Made by a program: the position numbers and the translations under genes | NCBI GenBank assembly: GCA_035221665.1 | Contig: CM069147.1 | Coordinates: 12,524,001-12,588,000, forward strand | DNA from: Okamejei kenojei | Lineage: Eukaryota | Length of the DNA: 64,000 nt | Direction of reading: 5' to 3' | Shown here: positions 14,159 to 27,029 of the stretch, piece by piece | Layout: each line of letters begins with the position of its first letter | How positions within the stretch are numbered: the stretch's first letter is position 1 | The notes under the pieces: generated by a model | What the model saw: only the letters and a program-made list of their open reading frames with translations | What the model was told of the DNA's origin: nothing | Database searches by the model: none

Positions 14159-15014
14159 GTAATTTTGTGCTCTACTCTGAAGTATTCTGCAGTAGCTTAA
14201 CAAACCTGAATAGAAAATCCTTATTCAAATATCTGTATTATCTCTATAGAAAGTGAGATTGGGCAGGTGGTTAGAAATTTTCCAACACACCAATTCAGGA
14301 ATGTAATTTACTTAATGGACTTCAATTCTGTATACCTCATTGAATGCCACGTAGATTCGGCAGAAGATAGTTACTGATCTATTTTTGTTTGCTTTGTAAG
14401 AGGATAATACTTATGACCAAGACCTGCTACTCTCAAGCCTATATATAATTAATTGAGGTTGAAACAATTGAAAACTTCCTGTATTTAATTAAATTATGCA
14501 GTCAGCAGTTTAAATGTTGATTTCATTGACATTTATTGATTATTGCTTGGTTGCTCATTATCTTCCCAATTTCTAATATTTCATTTTCCATATTCCACTG
14601 TAAGCATGTATTTCAGCTATAAAACATAGTTTACCTGAAAGCTTTAGTTTTACTTTTTTGCAATTGGCTTGGGATTTCCACTTTGTTTTCTACTTCAAAA
14701 CATTGTGAACTGTGGACAGGTGGTAGAAATGACAAGAAAAATCTAAATATTTAAAGCGATGATATGAGGGGAAAATAGAGAAGTATCTAGAGGTTTGATA
14801 TTTTAATATTTGTCACTCTTCTATTAATAGTAGTTACTTTTCCATATTGTACATTCTTTGTCATTTTGTTTTGTGCTCATTGATTTCAGCATTATTCAGT
14901 AGACTTCACACTTTTTAAAAATTAGATAAACAAGTTTTTTCCTAAATTAGATGAACAAGTTACTTTGCGGTGATGCTTGAATGTTCCTTTGTTTTTACGA
15001 TGATACTTTTGTAG

Positions 15015-15209
15015 ATGAAGATGATATGGCTGAACCTGAACTAGATGGAGATGAAGATGATGAGCCAGATGTGGGCAAGGCTGAGAAAGAGGAAGATGAG
15101 GAGGATGAGGAGGAGCCTCCTGTTGTTGAAGTCATCCCAATACCAACGCCAACCAAAAAACGAAGGGGCCGACCACCTGGAAAAAGTAATCAGGCAAACA
15201 AGAATGCTG
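15015..15209 (+). CDS. CTCF: CTCF coding exon (acidic tract and AT-hook-like KRRGRP)
   Basis: ttgtag|AT...GCTG|gtaatc. Translates DEDDMAEPELDGDEDDEP...PTPTKKRRGRPPGKSNQANKNA. Phase 1-1. Confidence 0.95.
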
Positions 15210-16005
15210 GTAATCTACTCTTCTTTAAAATATTTGGAATGTGTCCATAATATGTAGAAATATCCTATTATTGTGTACCTTTGTTCCTGTTTAAATGCTA
15301 GCCGTAGCGGAACAACCCGGCCTTCATGACCAGTGAGGTCAGAAATGGGTAGCTGATGGGAAGAAATGTATTTATGTGTAACTTTTTTTTAAATGACTAT
15401 CTTAAGAATCCCAAAGATGAGAAATGTGGATAATAGTAAGATTAAACGAGAACTTACCATTTCGAAGTTTGATCTTTATTTTATGAGGAGTAACGATGAG
15501 GGATTACGTGAAGAAGCCCCGCCTGGCGCTGGAACGGCATACTTCAAAGCAGCGGCATGAAAAACACAGAACACAATAGCCGGAGTAAGATAGTAAGGCT
15601 CATCATAGATTTAGAACTACCAGATGATCATTTATTTTATGAGGGTGTGGAGTGGAGGGCACGTAATCCCTCATCGTTACTCCTCATAAAATAAAGATCA
15701 AACTTCGAACTGGTAAGTTCTCGTTTAATCTTACTATTTTACTTCGGAGTCACGTGAGTGACTACGTGAAGATTTTGAAGTTTCTGTGTTTTTCATGCCG
15801 TAGAATTCTTCCATACGACAGTCCGGCTAGGTCAACACATACATGAGAAAACCAGACTAGTTTTAGTTCTTTCCATAAATCTTTTAATGATAAAAGAACA
15901 TATAATAACCCTCTTTTATACCCGAGGGAACCATTACAAAGTGAAAAAAGATATAAGTGATAACATAATTGATAATATAAATCAATAGTGAAACAAAGCA
16001 GGTGA

Positions 16006-16973
16006 TTATAGTGAACCCAACACCGCGTGTCCAAAGCCTGTCATTGTGTGAACAGGTTTATTGTAGAACTTTGAAAAGGTTTCTTCTTTACACCACCTTG
16101 CGGTTTCTAAAATATGTTCGAGTGGTACGTCCTGTAACTTCGCCGCGGATGTAGCTGCTGCCCTGGTGGAGTGAGATTTGAACACATCAGTGTCTACTCC
16201 TGCTAAAAGTAACACCTGTTTTAACCACCTTGAGATTGTTTGCACTGAAGCTTTTGTGTGTGGTTTCTTATGCGTAATCATTAATGTTTTTTCATCTCCT
16301 CGAAGAGTTTTGGTAACTTTTACATAATGATTCAAATGTTTAACTACACACAACGTTGGATCAACGGGATAAGCTTGAAACATTACCTTCGCTCCAGTTC
16401 TCCCTGGTCTGCTTTGTTTGATCAGATCATAAACATAGAACACAATGTTATCTGCAGTCACATGCAGTCTAAACGTAACATTTGTAATGTTTGCACCCTT
16501 TGAGCTGAAACCAATGCCATTAACATTACTAATTTAAATGTTAACCTTTCCAATGACAAAACTTCGATTGGAGTCCATTGCCTAAGTAAGGTAAGTACAA
16601 TGCTAACATCCCAAATTTCTGTATATCTTGGTTTGGGTGGATTTTTGTTAAAGATTCCTTTCATAAATCTGGATATTAATGGATGTGATCCAATTGATTT
16701 CTGGTCAGAGATTTGTCCTAAATAAGATGATAAGGCACTACGTGCACTATTAATGGCACTGTAACTTAAGTGTTGTTCAAAATGCAACTCGGCAAGGAAC
16801 TCCAATATGTTTGCAATGTTCACAGTATGATAGGATATATTTGACTGTCTGCAAACATTTTCCCATTTCTTTATATGTGACATATATTGTCTCTGAGTGC
16901 TATCTCGCCATGATGCGACTATAATATCCATAGTTCTATCCGACAATCCAAGCTCCTGTAGTGGTCTGGTCAA
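16006..16973 (-). pseudogene. DIRS tyrosine recombinase, frameshifted near 16460
   Basis: SAM-like N-terminus (SWRDSTQRQY...SARSALS), SAQRVQ (box I Arg), HSTRAAATS (HxxR), and ARW...FSKFY (catalytic Tyr). Confidence 0.93.
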
Positions 16974-16999
16974 AACCTGCAGATTAACAAATTCATATA

Positions 17000-19900
17000 A
17001 GTATGTAATGGATGAATTTCTTTGGTTACTGGTTTTATCAATAAATCACTGCTGCTAGGAATTGACATATATGGTTCTTTTAATCATGTTTAACATCAAT
17101 GGGAACCATGGTTGTGTCGGCCAATTTGGAATTACCAATAATCCATGGCAGAAAACTCTTGTTCTATTTTCTTCAGACATCTGCTGAACCAGAGCAAATG
17201 GCGGAAAAGCATAAAAGAACATATTCCCCCAGTTTAGTGAAAAAGCATCTACTGCTCACTGCGTCTGGATCTGGTTCCCAAGACACATATTTAGGCAATT
17301 GATGATTTAGTCTTGATGCAAACAGATCAATGTCTGGTAACCCATATTGAGTCACAATTTTACTGAAAATTACTGGGTTCAACATCCATTCTGTGTTATC
17401 TTTAAACATCCTTGATCTATTGTCTGCCACCACATTGTCTTTACCTGGGATGTAATTTGCCGAAATCCACATTTGGTGGTTAATACACCATTGCCATATC
17501 TGATTGACCAAACAATCACATGATAACCGATCTGACTCCACCCATGTGATTAATATATGCAACAGCTGTTTTATTGTCTAATTGTATCAGTACATGCAGA
17601 TTCTTTTTTGTAGAACAATATGCCTTCAACCCATAAAATGCACCCAATAATTCTAAATAATTAATACCATATGTTTGGAGAAACATTTCCTCTTGGACAG
17701 TCCATCTGCCCCCACAGCTGGTGAATGAATCTGTCGCCCCCATCCGAGAGCACTAGCATCTGTTTGGAAAATTACTTCAGGCTGTTGTATCAGAATGTTT
17801 TTAGCAGCTTGTGGGACATTTTCAATCCACCATTGTAATTCCAATAAAGCTTCTTTTGTTAATTGCATAGGCCTATCAAAATGGCCTGCTCTCTTTTTTA
17901 GAGCTCTTATTTTGTCCCTTTGAAGGTTTTGGTAATGTAATGGACCAAATTCTACTGCAGGAAATGCTGCTACTAGTTTACCAATAACCTTTGCTACTTC
18001 TCGGATGGAGGGATAAGGTTTGTGAATGAGACCCCTACAGGTCACCAAAATATCATCAATCCTATCTGTTGGCAAAGTTACTAACATAGTAACTGAGTTA
18101 ATTACAAACCCCAAATAGTTAATTGACTGTGCTGGCTGCAGCTGGGACTTAATTGGATGAATTAAGAACCCTAACTTCTCAAATCAAGTTTTAGTTGCTG
18201 AAACTGATTTTCCAGCTGATTCCTGATTACTATTGATGATTAAAATGTCATCCAGATAAGCCATAATGATGTGCTTTTGTGCTCTTAATTGTGCTAAAGC
18301 TGGTTTCAACAGCTTTGTAAAGAGCCTGGGAGCTGAACTTACCCCATTTGGTAAAGCTTTGAATTGCCACAGCTGTCCCAGCCAATTAAATTTTAAGTAC
18401 CTTCGAAAGAACTGATGTATTGGTACTGAATAGTACGCATCCTTTAAATCAATTGTAGCCATATAACAACCTGCTGATATCAAATGTCTTGCAGTGTTAA
18501 ATGTTTCCATTTAAAAATGTTTATATTCGCCAAATTTATTAAGATTTGTAAGGTCCAGAATAATTCTGCAACCACCATCTTTTTTATTTCTTGGAAATAT
18601 ATTTGACACAAATTGATGCTCATGTTCAACAGTTTTTTCAATAACACCTTTTTTAAATAATTTGTCAATTTCCACATTAATTTCTGCCTCTTCAATTGCA
18701 GAAAACATGAAACCATAAGCAGGTTTATTTTGTACCGGAGAATTAACACCTTTAAATGTAATAGTAGCTCCTGAAACTGTTTGTAAAATAAACCGATCAG
18801 ATGTAATGGCAAGCCATTCATCATAAAACATTTGTAATCTCCCTCCAACTGGAGATTTGTCCACAGTTTCTTTAAGCATAGAATAATTTTTTTGTACCTC
18901 TCCATATGAACGTGGTGGTCTCCTACTCCCCGTATACGGGTGAACATTAGGCTGTGTCGGATGATAATATTTTCTTATCATACTCCTGCCTCTGTTTCCA
19001 AAATCAAATCCCCTTCTTGACGAAAAATACCTTTTTTGTCCAAAGACGAAAGGTCTCATGTGGCTAATAGATTTAGCCTCTTCATCCATTTCTCTTATTT
19101 GTTTAGGCAGGTTTTCTCCAAATAGATAACCAGGAGCTTGAACACCACTTGATCGACACAGACCTGCAAACCTTGGATGAAATATGGGCCGAATTGCAAT
19201 TTTCCTCATACAATTAATTTCATAGAAGGAATTGCATAATAAGCCCAAAGTATCTTTTTGAATTTTATCCATCTCCAACCCCTCCATTTGCCTTCCAAAA
19301 GCAGTAATGGCAGCAGAAATCAATTTGAGGATTCTTTGAAATCTTATTTCTTGTCCTCTCATGCCTGGAGTCATAGGCGTCCATATAGACGGATTAACCG
19401 TAGGTACCTTCAATGAGGTGCAATTTTCCGGTGTTTTATATAATTCTGCTGTTTCAATCATCACAGAATCTTGAAGTTGGTGAGATACCATATAATTAAT
19501 ACTGGCAGCTAGGTTTTCTACCATAGCCTCACCACTTCCTTCAGGTATAGCAAAATCTTTTGCCATCTCAGGCACATCTGGCCTTCTCTTTTTTATTCGT
19601 GGTGTGCACTCATAATCCACATCACCACTTGCAGGGTCTGTCTTTTGCAGCCCTGATACACTTGGAATTATATCCAATGAGACTTCCTCCGCCCTTAATC
19701 CTGGGTCCGGAGTTTCCAATTCCCAATTTGGCACATATTCTGTATATTCAAGCCCCTCAGGGTCATTTTGGGAAACTTCTGGGTACTGTGACCCTTGTCT
19801 CATTATATTTTGGAGCACTTTCTCCATATGTTCCATTTTTAGCCATATAGCTTTATTATCCGGAGGACTTTCATTATCAGAGTCATTATCAGAAACCACG

Positions 19901-20115
19901 GGCCTCACGGATTTCTTTTTACATTTTCTAGGAACATTTTCCTCCGTGGTTTGTATTTCTGGAGAAATTATAGTCTCACTAACGGGTGAATCAGCGGCCA
20001 CCGGTATCGGAACCGGATCCGCACTAAACTCTTGTCCCGTATCTTTAGCTTCACCCCGGGACGATCTTTTTACCCGTGAAATTTTCCTTTGAGACTTCTC
20101 CATTTTCTTTTCCAT
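17000..20115 (-). pseudogene. DIRS gag + pol (RT, RNase H, DAM-like methyltransferase), disrupted
   Basis: PVGGRL..W, IDLKDAYY, YLDD, TDAS.GWG, INYLEL, DNKTAVAYIN, IPGKDNVVAD, IDLFASRLN and YAFPPF (17196-17213). In-frame stops at 18511-18513 and 18184-18186, plus several frameshifts. Confidence 0.93.
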
Positions 20116-20777
20116 TTATCTGGCTAAATCAGTACGCCAGCGTGACTCTGATTTTAACTTTTACTTTCTCTTTTGCTGGTTTTACCAGCGTAACGTCTTT
20201 TTTAGAACGTCCCCACTTTTCCTTACACTTACCTGCGGGTCCGTTCCGGCCGCTGCGAGGAGCTGCGCTCTGCAACTCTTGCTTCTGCCGTCAGCGTCGA
20301 CGTAATGCCGTTCCAGCGCCAGGCGGGGCTTCTTCACGTAGTCACTCACGTGACTCTGAAGTAAAATAAGTCTGTAAAGATTTTTGGTTATTTCTGAAGT
20401 AAAATGATGGAAAGAAAGGTGAGGATTTGAGGTGAACACGAATGCTAATTTTAGTTTCTGGGTCTACATGAAGCTTTTGGTATGGTCCTGAGTGACGAAC
20501 TTGCATCTTAAATTTGTGCATATGCAATGAGAAATTAGTTTGAGAAATATAGGAAACGAGGGTGTTTGAAGTATTTCTTGAATTGTGCAGGAGATTCGTT
20601 TTGAATCTCTGGTATTTGTCTAATACAAAATAATCCATGATCTAGCTATTTGACCCGTGATCTAGCAATAACAGTTTGAACCAAGAAAAATATCTATAAT
20701 AATGACACATTCAGCTGCAATTTTGACATTTTGATTCAGAACCTACAAGTTGCCAACCTACAACACTGTCATGTAGA

Positions 20778-21317
20778 AATCATAGAATCATAGAAAATAG
20801 GTGCAGGAGTAGGCCATTCGGCCCTTTGAGTCTGCACCGCTATTCAATATGATCATGGCTGATCATCCAACTCAGTATCCTGTACCTGCCTTCTCTCCAT
20901 ACCCCCTGAGCCACAAGGGCCACATCTAACTCCCTCTTAAATATAGCCAATGAACTGGCCTCAACTACCTTCTGTGGCAGATAATTCCAGAGACTCACCA
21001 CTCTTTGTGTGAAAAAAAATCTTCTCATCTCAGTCCTAAAAGACTTCCCCCTTATCCTTAAACTGTGACCCCTTGTTCTGGAGTTCCCCAACATCGGGAA
21101 CAATTTTCCTGCATCTAGCCTGTCCAACCCCTTAAGAATTTTGGAAGCCTCTATAAGATCCCCCCTCAATCTCCTAAATTCCAGCGAGTACAAGCCGAGT
21201 CTATCCAGTCTTTCTTCATATGGAAGTCCTGCCATCCCAGGAATCAGTCTGGTGAACCTTCTCTGTACTCCCTCTATGGCAAGAATGTCTTTCCTCAGAT
21301 TAGGAGACCAAAACTGT
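20778..21317 (-). mobile_element. CR1 LINE 3' fragment
   Basis: ORF 20840..21235 gives YEERLDRLGLYSLEFRRLRGDLIE. CR1 microsatellite tail at the left end. Confidence 0.92.
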
Positions 21318-21319
21318 AG

Positions 21320-22356
21320 GCATCAGAGTAGGAATTAACGGGTCGTTTTCAGAATGGCAGGCAGTGGGGTGCCGCAAGTCTCGGAGGTGGGTCACCAGTT
21401 ATTTACAATATAATAACGATATAAAAACGAGGGAATTAAATTTGACATCTCCAAGTTTTCGGATGACTCGAAGCTGAGTGGCAGTGTGAGCTGCGAGGAC
21501 GATGCTATGAGGCTGCAGGTGACTTGGATAGGTTGGGTGAGTTGGCAGATGCAGTACAATGTGGATAAATGTGAGGTTCTCCACTTTGGTGACAAGAATA
21601 GGAAGGCAGATTATTATCTGAATGGTGTCAGATTAGGAAAAGGGGGAGGTGCAACGAGACCTGGGTGTGCTTGTACATCAGTCACTGAAAGTAAGCATGC
21701 AGGTACAGCAGGCAGCGAAGGAAGCTAATGGCATGTTGGCCTTCATTGCAAGAGGATTTGAGTTTAGGAGCAAGGAGGTCCTACTGCAGTTGTACAGGGC
21801 CCTGGTGAGACCGCACCTGGAGTATTGTGTGCAATTTTGGTCTCCTAATTTGAGGAAGGACATTATTGCTATGAAGAGAGTCCAGGTTAATTCCCGAGAT
21901 GGTGGGACTGACATGTGAGGAAAGAATGGGTCGACTGTGCTTGTATTCACTGGAATTTAGAAGGATGAGACGAGAACTTATATAAACATATAAAATTCTT
22001 AAAGGATTGGACAGGCTAGATGCAGGAAAAATGTTCCCGATGTTGGGGGAGTTCAGAACCAGGGGTTACAGTTTAAGACTTGGGGGTAGGCCATTTACGA
22101 CTGGATGAGGAAAAACTTTTTCACTCAGTGAGTTGTGAATCTGTGGAATTCTCTGCCACAGAAGGCAGTGGAGGCCAATTTACTGGATGTTTTCAAGAGT
22201 TAGATTAAGCTCTTAGGGCAAAGGGAATCGAGGTATATGGTGAAAAAGCAGGAATGGGATACTGATTTTAGATCAGTTATGATCATATTAAATGGCGGTG
22301 CTGGCTCGAAGGGCCGAATGGCCTACTCCTGCACCTATTTTTCTTTGTTTCTATGT
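21320..22356 (+). mobile_element. CR1 LINE 3' fragment
   Basis: RT C-terminal motifs ([35 protein letters not shown]) and a 3' tail. Confidence 0.92.
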
Positions 22357-22414
22357 CTGGTTTCAACGTAGAAAGAGAACAGCAATTAACATTTGCTTCC
22401 TCCTTTCTCATCAG

Positions 22415-22578
22415 GAACAGGTCAACAATTACAAGAAGCGGGGACTACAACTATTGAAAACATCATTGTTGAGATAAAGAAAGAGCCAGAGGCAGAAGAT
22501 GTACAGGTGCAAGCAGGAATTGAGGCTCAGAATGGAGACATCACACCTGAAATGATCCTCAGTATGATGGACCGGTGA
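22415..22578 (+). CDS. CTCF: CTCF terminal coding exon
   Basis: Polypyrimidine tract then catcag|GA. Translates ...[17 protein letters not shown]...[16 protein letters not shown], the characteristic CTCF C-terminus. An alternative in-frame AG lies at 22419-22420. Confidence 0.96.
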
Positions 22579-24416
22579 TGGAGGAAGGCCAGGCATGCTA
22601 ATAATATGGCCCAGCGCAATAAGATAAACATGTATTTTTTTGCTTTGACACATGCTTATATGAAATGATTTAGACCATTTAACCTTTTGAGTACTAGAGA
22701 ACTTTTCATCGGGAAGCTGAAATGAATATAGACTAGTCCCTTCTTACAGCATAGAATGCTATTTATGAATCAGAAATTGTTATTTTATATGTTTAAAAAT
22801 TGTCCCCGCTGTTTTCTCTGAATAATTTCTCAGTACTGAAATGGTACACCATGAGATGCTTTGTATGCTTTATGTACACAGAGCAGTAAACTTGTTCCTG
22901 TCCTAATATAACAATTGTGTACAGTATCTGTGCCGTAGCACCTTTTGCATAAGAGGAATGTTTCCCAGTGGCACGAAATATTGTGATATATATATATATG
23001 TTGCAAAGAACATAGGCTATTTTTACCATAACAGTCCTGCCCTATTAAGAGCTGAGCAGGTGGAAATTTGACTTGTAGTAAACTTTAAATACAAAAGAAT
23101 TGTGAATTTTTGGAAGTATAGTTATGACTTTGTGCAACCTGATTATAAATGGTAATACATAAGTTTTGGTTTCTTTCACTATGGTAGGGTGTATCAAACT
23201 GCAAATCACTGATTCAAAATCATTGTGTTACTGTTAAATTAAGTTCAAGCCACATGAATTATTTTAGAACTGACCACCCATAGTAACACTGATGTTTGTT
23301 GTGTGTTTGTTTTTTTTTGTACAGGGCATCTCAAAAATGGTCATGCTTGTTGTAGATAACTTTTTTACATTTTAATCTTTTCTAGTGATTATGTATCAAA
23401 AGTGCAGGAGAATAACATTTTAACCACTGCTTGAGACGTTTACAAATTATTTGTCACGAAGAGTCAAACTCTTCCGTGTTTGTGAATATGTGCAGAATCA
23501 TGTAAAAATTAATTTGCAAATTGAGCTGTTCAGAGCAGAAACTGTCAAATTGTAATAAGCACATTCACAGCATACTACAAATCCCTTTATAGTTGCAGAT
23601 TTTAATGTTGTAAATTTTAATTACTTTCATTATAGGTTGGCTGTCTCCCACCTATTACTTTTCGCTTCTCTGAACCTCTATGTATCTGATATATTTGTAA
23701 GAGGGCATAATGGAACTAATCATTTAAAACTAGAAGAGAGTTTTGAAGATTGAGTATATCCATTTGTGCTTTGTGATGCAAAATAAAGTAATGTGAAGTT
23801 AGCGCTATTGCAGATATGAGAAAGATGTGCCAGAAAAGTATGTCAGAAAACATATGCTTTATTTGCTAAATCAACATGAATTTTTTTTGTTCTCGGTGAA
23901 TTGCAATTAAATCTGCTTTGTGCCCATTTTTAGCTTTTGACTCTGGGTTGATTTTGGGTTTTTTTTATTGTGGCTGTACTGTTTCCGTGAAGGACAGGGA
24001 GACAAGCTGATGAGGAAGCATTGTAAAAATACTCTTTCAATGGGTTTGTGAAAGCTAGGGTAAAGCATCTAATTAATGTAGTGCTGTACAGCTGGTAAAT
24101 AAACCATTTACCTGCCTTTCATGTGTGTTTTCATTTTAGTGAATTTATATTACATTTGCATATTCATTCATCTGTCAATATTTGGAGCATATAAAATCGC
24201 AGAACCAGTGCATTTTATAAAACATCTGTAACAAAACAAATTTAAGATTGTATTGGTTCTCACTTTAGGTGTGTTTCATTCTCCTTCCCAATCCCATCAC
24301 CTTAATCTGACATAAATGTGTTATACATTATATGTACATTTGCTATTGATTTGGCTGGATAATATCTTACGCTAATTTTACTTTCACAGGCATCTACCAA
24401 AGGTTCATAGAATAAA
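22579..24416 (+). other. CTCF: Probable CTCF 3' UTR with candidate poly(A) signals
   Basis: Repeat-free, AT-rich sequence after the stop. AATAAA at 23782-23787, 24098-24103 (followed by GT/T-rich sequence) and 24411-24416. The true end is not determinable from sequence alone. Confidence 0.6.
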
Positions 24417-24914
24417 GTCTGAACTTAAAAGCTCAGAAATGTAAGGGCTCATACCAGTGGACACTGCTGCTAAGGAATATAAGGAATATAGATGAAAAAT
24501 GAATAACTAGCCGGTTTCTTGTAAAATGTTTATAAAAGTGACCAATTAAGTTAAACCTTTTGTATATAATGCATTGGGTCCGGATGTCTATTGGGAATGT
24601 GGTTCATTTTTAATTAACAATTAAGATGTAAGAATTAATGCCATTTGTTTATTTGATTGAGAAAATGTGTTGCTGCAGATGTTACCTCACACTACTATCC
24701 CATTGCCATTAGAAAGGGTGTATTCTTATTATGAAGATAGACACAAAAAGCTGGAGTTATATCTGTTTGGTATAACTGAACAGCTGGTTTTGGCATTTAA
24801 AGGGGCAGTTAATGATAGTTGGTCTGTAGTCATACGCTCCTATCCTAGTAAGGATTGCAGATTTCCTTCTCTTAATTTAATGGTGACATAATCGCCTTAA
24901 CCCCGTTCATATGT

Positions 24915-26060
24915 TCTTAGAGCAGAATAAGGCTATTTGACCCATCGAGTCATTCAATCATGGCTGATCTATCTTTCAACCCCATTCTCCTGCCTTCACC
25001 CCATAACCCCTGACACCCTTACTATCACAAATCTGTCAATCTTTGCCTTAAAAATATACATTAAGTCTTGGCCTCAACAGCCATCTGTGGCAATGAATTC
25101 CACAGATTTGCCATCTTCTGACGAAACAAATTCCTTCTCATCTCCTTTCTAACGGTACGTCCTTTTATTCTGAGGCTGTGGCCTCTGGCCCATTACTCTC
25201 CCATGGGTGGAAACATCCTCTCCACTTTCACTCAATTCAGGCCATTCATTATTCGCTAAGTTTCAGTGAGGTCCCCCACCCTTATCTTTCTAAACTCCTG
25301 CGAGTACAGGCCCAGTGCCTTCAAACGTTCAACATATGTTAACCTGATCATTCTCTTAAACCTCCTGGTACCTGTCCAATGCCAACACATCCTCAGATAT
25401 CAGGCCCAAAACTGCTCACAATATTCCAAATGCAGCATGACCAGTGCCTTATAACGCCTCAGCATAACTTCCCTGTTTTTGTATTGTAGCCTCTCTAAAT
25501 AAATGTTAGCATTGCATTTGCCTTCCTTACTACCGATTCAACTTGCAAATTAACTTTTTAGGAATCCTGCACCAGCACTCACAAGTCCTTTTGCACCTCT
25601 TGATTGCTCATTTCACTCCCTATTGAGATCATAATCTATGCCTTTATTCCTACTACCAAAATGCATGACTCCACTCTTTGCTCTGCTGTATTCCATCTGC
25701 CACTTCTAAGCCCACGCTCCCAACCTATCCGTCCTTCTACAGAGTCCCTGTTTTCTCCACACTGCCTGCCCCTCCACTTATCTTTGTATCATATGCATAC
25801 TTTGCTACAAAACCTTCAATTCCATCATCCAAATCATGTATACACACCATGAAGAGTAGCAGCCCCAGCACCGACCCCTGCGGAACACCACTAGTCACTG
25901 GCTGTCAACCAGAAAAACCCTCATTTATTGCCACTATCTACCTTCTGCAATCCAGCCAACCTGCTGTCTATGCTAATATCTCCTCTCTGATACCATGGGT
26001 TCTCACCTTCTGTAGCAACTTCATGTGCGGCACCTTAGCGAAGGCCTTCTGAATATCCAG
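24915..26060 (-). mobile_element. CR1 LINE fragment
   Basis: The reverse complement contains GVPQGSVLG and FQKAF RT motifs and the CR1 3' UTR. Confidence 0.85.
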
Positions 26061-26906
26061 GTGTCGGTTAACATTGATATCAGATTTTATTTAAATCCCC
26101 AGATGTAAAGGTGAGATTTTAACATCTCTTTTGGCTCATGGCTCACTGTAACTAATTCACTTACATAACCAATAACTTAACCTTGTTGGATACTGTGTCA
26201 ATGGAAATATTGTAAGGTGTGCACCTGTTAGGTGCTGGCATAAAATTCAAGATTATTTAGTTTGAGGATTACGATATGGAAGTCAATCAAAATCCACAGG
26301 TTGGTTCTAAAGTTTCAATCTATTTATTACACTTGGTCAACTCTTCACATGTTCACTAAAAAGAGCACATTCTGGAAGGCAGTTTGAAAACATTTTATTT
26401 CAAAAAATCAACTACTGTGTATCTCACTTATTGCCTACAAGTCGACCAAATTTTATTGACAACAAATCTGTAATGTGACTACTTTCCCATATTCAGCATT
26501 ATAACCTCTACGTGATCATGGAGCTAAAGTATTACGGGTTGTCTGCAACTGGTTGCCAGTGCATAGCATCATTCATGGCACAATAGTAAGTTTGGATACA
26601 CGTGCTTTAAATTTTGGAGTATTGATTTGAATTTGGGCAGCCTTCGTTGGTTTTTCCTTTTTGAGAGGGTGGATTGCTGATGATTCGGTGGGATTCAATG
26701 TTGCATAAGCAGCTGGGGAGATGGGACATCTGTGTAATAGTGGTATTAGGCTGCCCTGATCATTAAAAATATATATGCTTTTCTAACAGTTTGTATGGTT
26801 TCATAGTTGTATTACATAGAGTATGTACTGTAGTACGTGTTTCAGCAAGCGTGATCTCAACAGGAACAAATTAAAACTTTGCCATTTGGTATCACAGGAT
26901 TGCTTA

Positions 26907-26923
26907 GCCACAAGATGGTGCTG
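26907..26923 (+). promoter_or_regulatory. Candidate CTCF-binding motif between CTCF and CARMIL2
   Basis: GCCACAAGATGGTGCTG in apparently unique sequence. Motif match only. Confidence 0.4.
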
Positions 26924-27029
26924 TAGATCAAGCCATGAGCTTATGCCAAATGAAATACAAAGCATTGCCTAGAAAACAAATTGCATTGTACTGTTTTCTC
27001 CCCAGTGTTATGCAGTTAAAAAAAACAAT

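Larger units (their letters stand above)
15432..20368 (-). mobile_element. DIRS-type tyrosine-recombinase retrotransposon, full length but disabled
   Basis: Order gag-RT-RNaseH-methyltransferase-YR on the minus strand. 36-bp perfect ITR at 15505-15540 and 20305-20340. An internal complementary region at 15660-15772 matches both termini. Confidence 0.96.
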
